This document shows, in pieces, positions 60,966 through 64,000 of a stretch of 64,000 nucleotides of DNA; within the stretch, counting starts at the first letter, position 1, and every line of letters starts with the position of its first letter. Made by a program: the position numbers and the translations under genes. The stretch comes from Lepidodermella squamata. Taxonomy: Eukaryota > Animalia > Gastrotricha. The stretch spans positions 930,001-994,000 of the forward strand of contig JBLDXI010000032.1 in assembly GCA_047495785.1 (NCBI GenBank), in the 5' to 3' direction. Under the pieces are notes generated by a model. The model had not been told where the DNA came from. It did no database searches and saw only the letters and a list, made by a program, of their open reading frames with translations.

Positions 60966-62073
60966 TAAAAGTTTTCAAGCAACCCGATTGTACGCGATTT
61001 AATGTGCGGATATTGTAATAAAAATTGAGAAACACTTGAAATCGGGTCGCTTTTTACTACAACGCGTGCTGATCAGCAATAAAAATTCATAAACAGTTGC
61101 TAAATATGCAATAAAAATATGAATTTGGAGACATCATTCGGAAACGAGTAAACCGTTGAAAAGTCATTTAAATAAGCTAACTAAAACAACTAAAATCCAA
61201 AGCTTCATTTGAAAATAAAATTCAAAGTAAAAGCGAAATTAGACAAAGCTCAACACAAAGAAAAATTTTCGGAAAATTTCCAACAAAATCACCCGACCCA
61301 TTTTCCCCATCAGATTTTAGTTCGGATCCGATATATTCCGATTCTAAATTTGCGCATACTTTGACTGATTTTTGTTTTTAAATCCAATATACGACAAAAA
61401 CGCTAAGACTTTTGTCCGAACGTCAGTCACTACTCGTGTCTTCACTTTTAACAAATTCAGCTATAGAACGGCAGGGGTTCCGAATTCCAAAATCGGCGAA
61501 TTTACCGATAATATTAATGATTACATATGTTTTATTTTCGCCGAACCGAAATTTCAGGAGAAAAATAAATTTAAAAAATGAATGAATGAAAAACAGCCGG
61601 CTCATAGTTGATAGTTGATACCCATGACTAATTTGTGGAAAAATATTCGGTAAAATGAAAATAGATCATAAGTAGTCGATCTTCTATTTCTTCGCTATAA
61701 AATTAGCCTTAACAAATATAACAACCCAGCAAGGAAAATGCCGCTAGGAAATTGAAAAAAATCTCAGAAAATAGGCATACAGCTTTCGGCTAAGTAGGTT
61801 ATAGGTTATAGGTACAGGTAAAATAGGCTAGCAGTATTTTAGGATTCGTCGCCGAGTCATTCCGCCGCACTTTCGGTAATCGGAAATCGGAAATGGATGA
61901 ATGCGGGGATAACATCACAACAACATAGAAATTCATACATCGCCAGACAAGAGACTTTTGTATTTGACAGTAAGTATGTAGTACGTATATGTTGTACGCC
62001 TTTAGAGGATCTAAGCTTATACGGCATAGGCTTAAGCTTATACGGGATAAGCGATATTTTCAACTGTCATAGC

Positions 62074-62345
62074 GGCCAAACCGTGAGGGTCACCATCGAT
62101 CATCATATATCAATCGATTGCTGTAATCAAGGGCTATCGATTGGTACCAAATCGAAGTCCACGCGGCACATTCAGGGTCAAGTTTTGGCCAAAAACGTGA
62201 ATTTTTCGCATTTTTTTTAACTTTGAAGGCAAACATCATATTTCCAAGTGTTACGCGTGGACTTCGATTTGGCACCAATCGATAGCCCTTGATTACAGCA
62301 ATCGATTGATATATGATGATCGATGGTGACCCTCACGGTTTGGCC
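62074..62345. mobile_element. Foldback MITE with ~95-bp near-perfect TIRs
   Basis: ggccaaaccgtgagggtcaccatcgatcatcatatatcaatcgattgctgtaatcaagggctatcgattgg... is inverted at ~62250-62345. Confidence 0.88.
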
Positions 62346-62960
62346 ATTGTTTCGGTTAAATACAATGCTCATACCCTAAAGGCTTAAATACCCTATATAT
62401 GAGCCATGATCTAGTTTGCAAAGCGCGTGCATTTAATTTTCTCCTAGTTTTCCCGCTCAATCTGACAGCCACATCGTAATGATGACATGCTCGCGAGTAT
62501 TAAATATGTGTACACAAAATGACACATCTAAAAAAAATTGGGTCAAATTTTAGTCCAGGTTCCTAATACCGGTCAGGAAATAAGGAAAAATTTTCGCGGT
62601 CCTGATAATTCCATGGGTAATTTTCGGACAACAAATAAAATCAACATAGCATATTATTATGATAAATGCAAAGACCTAACAACGATCCGAATCTTCGTCG
62701 AAATTATTGAACGTCCATATTACTGAAACAGGAATGGGCTGTGTTAGGATTTTCACTATCAAATCGCTCAACGTACAAATGGTTTGTATAATATTTCCTC
62801 CTACATTTTTCTTTCAGCTCGCTCTAATGTTGTTAACTTTGACAACAATGAGAATTTCACGTTATGAGCCGCTGCTGCTTGGCAAAAATTTGAACAACGG
62901 TGGTTTTATTCAGAATAATAAAAAAAAACATTTTGTTTCAACACTGTTGCAACAACTTGT

Positions 62961-62976
62961 GGCCCTGAAAAGGGCC
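62961..62976 (-). terminator. Histone mRNA 3' stem-loop of H2B
   Basis: Minus strand AACC-GGCCCTTTTCAGGGCC-ACAAG, 45 nt after the H2B stop. Confidence 0.95.
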
Positions 62977-63021
62977 GGTTCGGATTCAGAAGACGATGTT
63001 GTGGTCCTTGAAGTAGACAGC

Positions 63022-63396
63022 TTATTTCGAGCTGGTGTACTTGGTGACGGCCTTGGTGCCTTCCGAGACGGCGTGCTTAGCGAGCTCACCAGGCAGCAGG
63101 AGACGAACAGCCGTTTGTACCTCTCGACTGCTTATGGTGGCCTTCTTGTTGTAATGAGCCAGGCGCGACGACTCGAGGGCGATGCGCTCGAAAATGTCGT
63201 TGACGAACGAGTTCATGATGGCCATAGCCTTGCCGGAGATGCCGGTGTCAGGGTGAACCTGCTTCAACACCTTGTAGATGTAGATGTTGTACGACTCGCG
63301 GCGGCGATGACGCTTTTTCTTCTCACCAGCGGTCTTAGGCTTCGCGGCCTTCTTTGAACCCTTCGAAGCAACTTTACCAGTGACTTTTGGCGACAT
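63022..63396 (-). CDS. H2B: Histone H2B
   Basis: [65 protein letters not shown]; intronless. Confidence 0.99.
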   Translation of the reverse strand: MSPKVTGKVASKGSKKAAKPKTAGEKKKRHRRRESYNIYIYKVLKQVHPDTGISGKAMAIMNSFVNDIFERIALESSRLAHYNKKATISSREVQTAVRLLLPGELAKHAVSEGTKAVTKYTSSK

Positions 63397-63771
63397 TATC
63401 GATGATGATTGATTTTAGCGAGGTGAAAATGCGTGTATTTACTAGCTTTTCCGAACAGTGTTTGTGAAAAACGTGAAACATTATACGTTGCAAGTGGCAT
63501 TAGTGCGGCAGAATTAACGCGCGCACGTTTGTTTGTTTTTATTACATCCGGCGCGCGCATTATCAACCAATCATAAACGCGCATAATTGTAGTGCGCGCG
63601 TGCCTAGATTGTTTATTGGCTGTTAATGTCGTAAACAATAAATTTGAATTTCTCATCTCTCGCTAATGCCAGCACGTGGTATTTGAACGAAATTTTTCAC
63701 TTTTTTTCTTGTTCGTGCTCTGTAAGAAATTTGAATTTTCCTACTTTCGCTTATCAACATCATCATCAACA
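63397..63771. promoter_or_regulatory. Bidirectional H2B/H2A promoter
   Basis: 375-bp spacer between divergent ATGs, with oppositely oriented CCAAT boxes (63567-63571 plus, 63615-63619 minus) interleaved with GCGCGC motifs. Confidence 0.7.
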
Positions 63772-64000
63772 ATGTCTGCTCCAGCTGCTGGTCGTGGTAA
63801 GGGTGGCAAGGCTAACCGCCAGAAGTCAAAGACCAAGTCATCTCGCGCCGGTCTTCAATTCCCGGTCGGTCGTATCACTCGTCTTTTGAAGCGCGGTAAC
63901 TACGCCGAGCGTGTCGGCGCGGGTGCACCTGTGTACCTCGCCGCCGTCATGGAGTACCTGGCTGCTGAAGTGCTCGAGTTGGCCGGCAACGCCGCTCGTG
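63772..64000 (+). CDS. H2A: Histone H2A (5' part; runs off the window)
   Basis: [13 protein letters not shown]…[52 protein letters not shown]. Confidence 0.98.
   Translation, partial: MSAPAAGRGKGGKANRQKSKTKSSRAGLQFPVGRITRLLKRGNYAERVGAGAPVYLAAVMEYLAAEVLELAGNAAR

Larger units (their letters stand above)
57474..61100. mobile_element. Putative left arm of a decayed Polinton/Maverick-like (virus-like) element
   Basis: Starts AGTAGTAGGGGGAGG. Subterminal TTTCCCGC(C)-type and TGACCTTGA motifs recur around a telomeric array, followed by densely packed, decayed small genes including a TBP paralogue. No right TIR or core genes seen; right boundary approximate. Confidence 0.5.

Noticed and set aside
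62707-63357. 216-aa plus-strand ORF overlapping H2B
   Set aside because: Antisense shadow of the codon-biased histone gene; such open antisense frames are common for histones.

Overview
Eukaryotic genomic DNA from an invertebrate animal, not prokaryotic. Many introns are ~50-60 bp GT-AG, one is GC-AG, and TTAGGG-type telomeric repeats are present. Gene models were spliced by hand and checked for reading-frame phase. In order: a secreted multi-CUB protein (runs off the left edge); neutral ceramidase; a DCTN5-PFDN1 pair only 48 bp apart (operon-like); DNAJB12/14 with a decayed hAT transposon in its last intron; a 12-exon ~500-aa secreted protein with five tandem 4-Cys modules plus two C-type lectin domains, inside a 10.5-kb block bracketed by a ~235-bp direct repeat; a USP53/54 (echinus-like) deubiquitinase with large CAGGT(A/G)-rich non-coding flanks; a small secreted protein with two YRPAT(W/F) motifs; one spliced and three tandem intronless rhodopsin-like GPCRs (one split by a MITE); and a divergent H2B/H2A pair. 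Many MITEs with recognisable TIRs and TSDs are present, including a deeply nested stack in one intron. The most unusual segment is ~57.5-61.1 kb. It starts with a Polinton/Maverick-type AGTAGT terminus, carries a telomeric-repeat array with E2F-like and TGACCTTGA motifs, and encodes an intronless, frameshifted TBP paralogue plus other decayed small genes. It may be the left arm of a virus-like element that bears telomere repeats and encodes TBP. This is an inference: no core Polinton genes or right TIR lie in the window.
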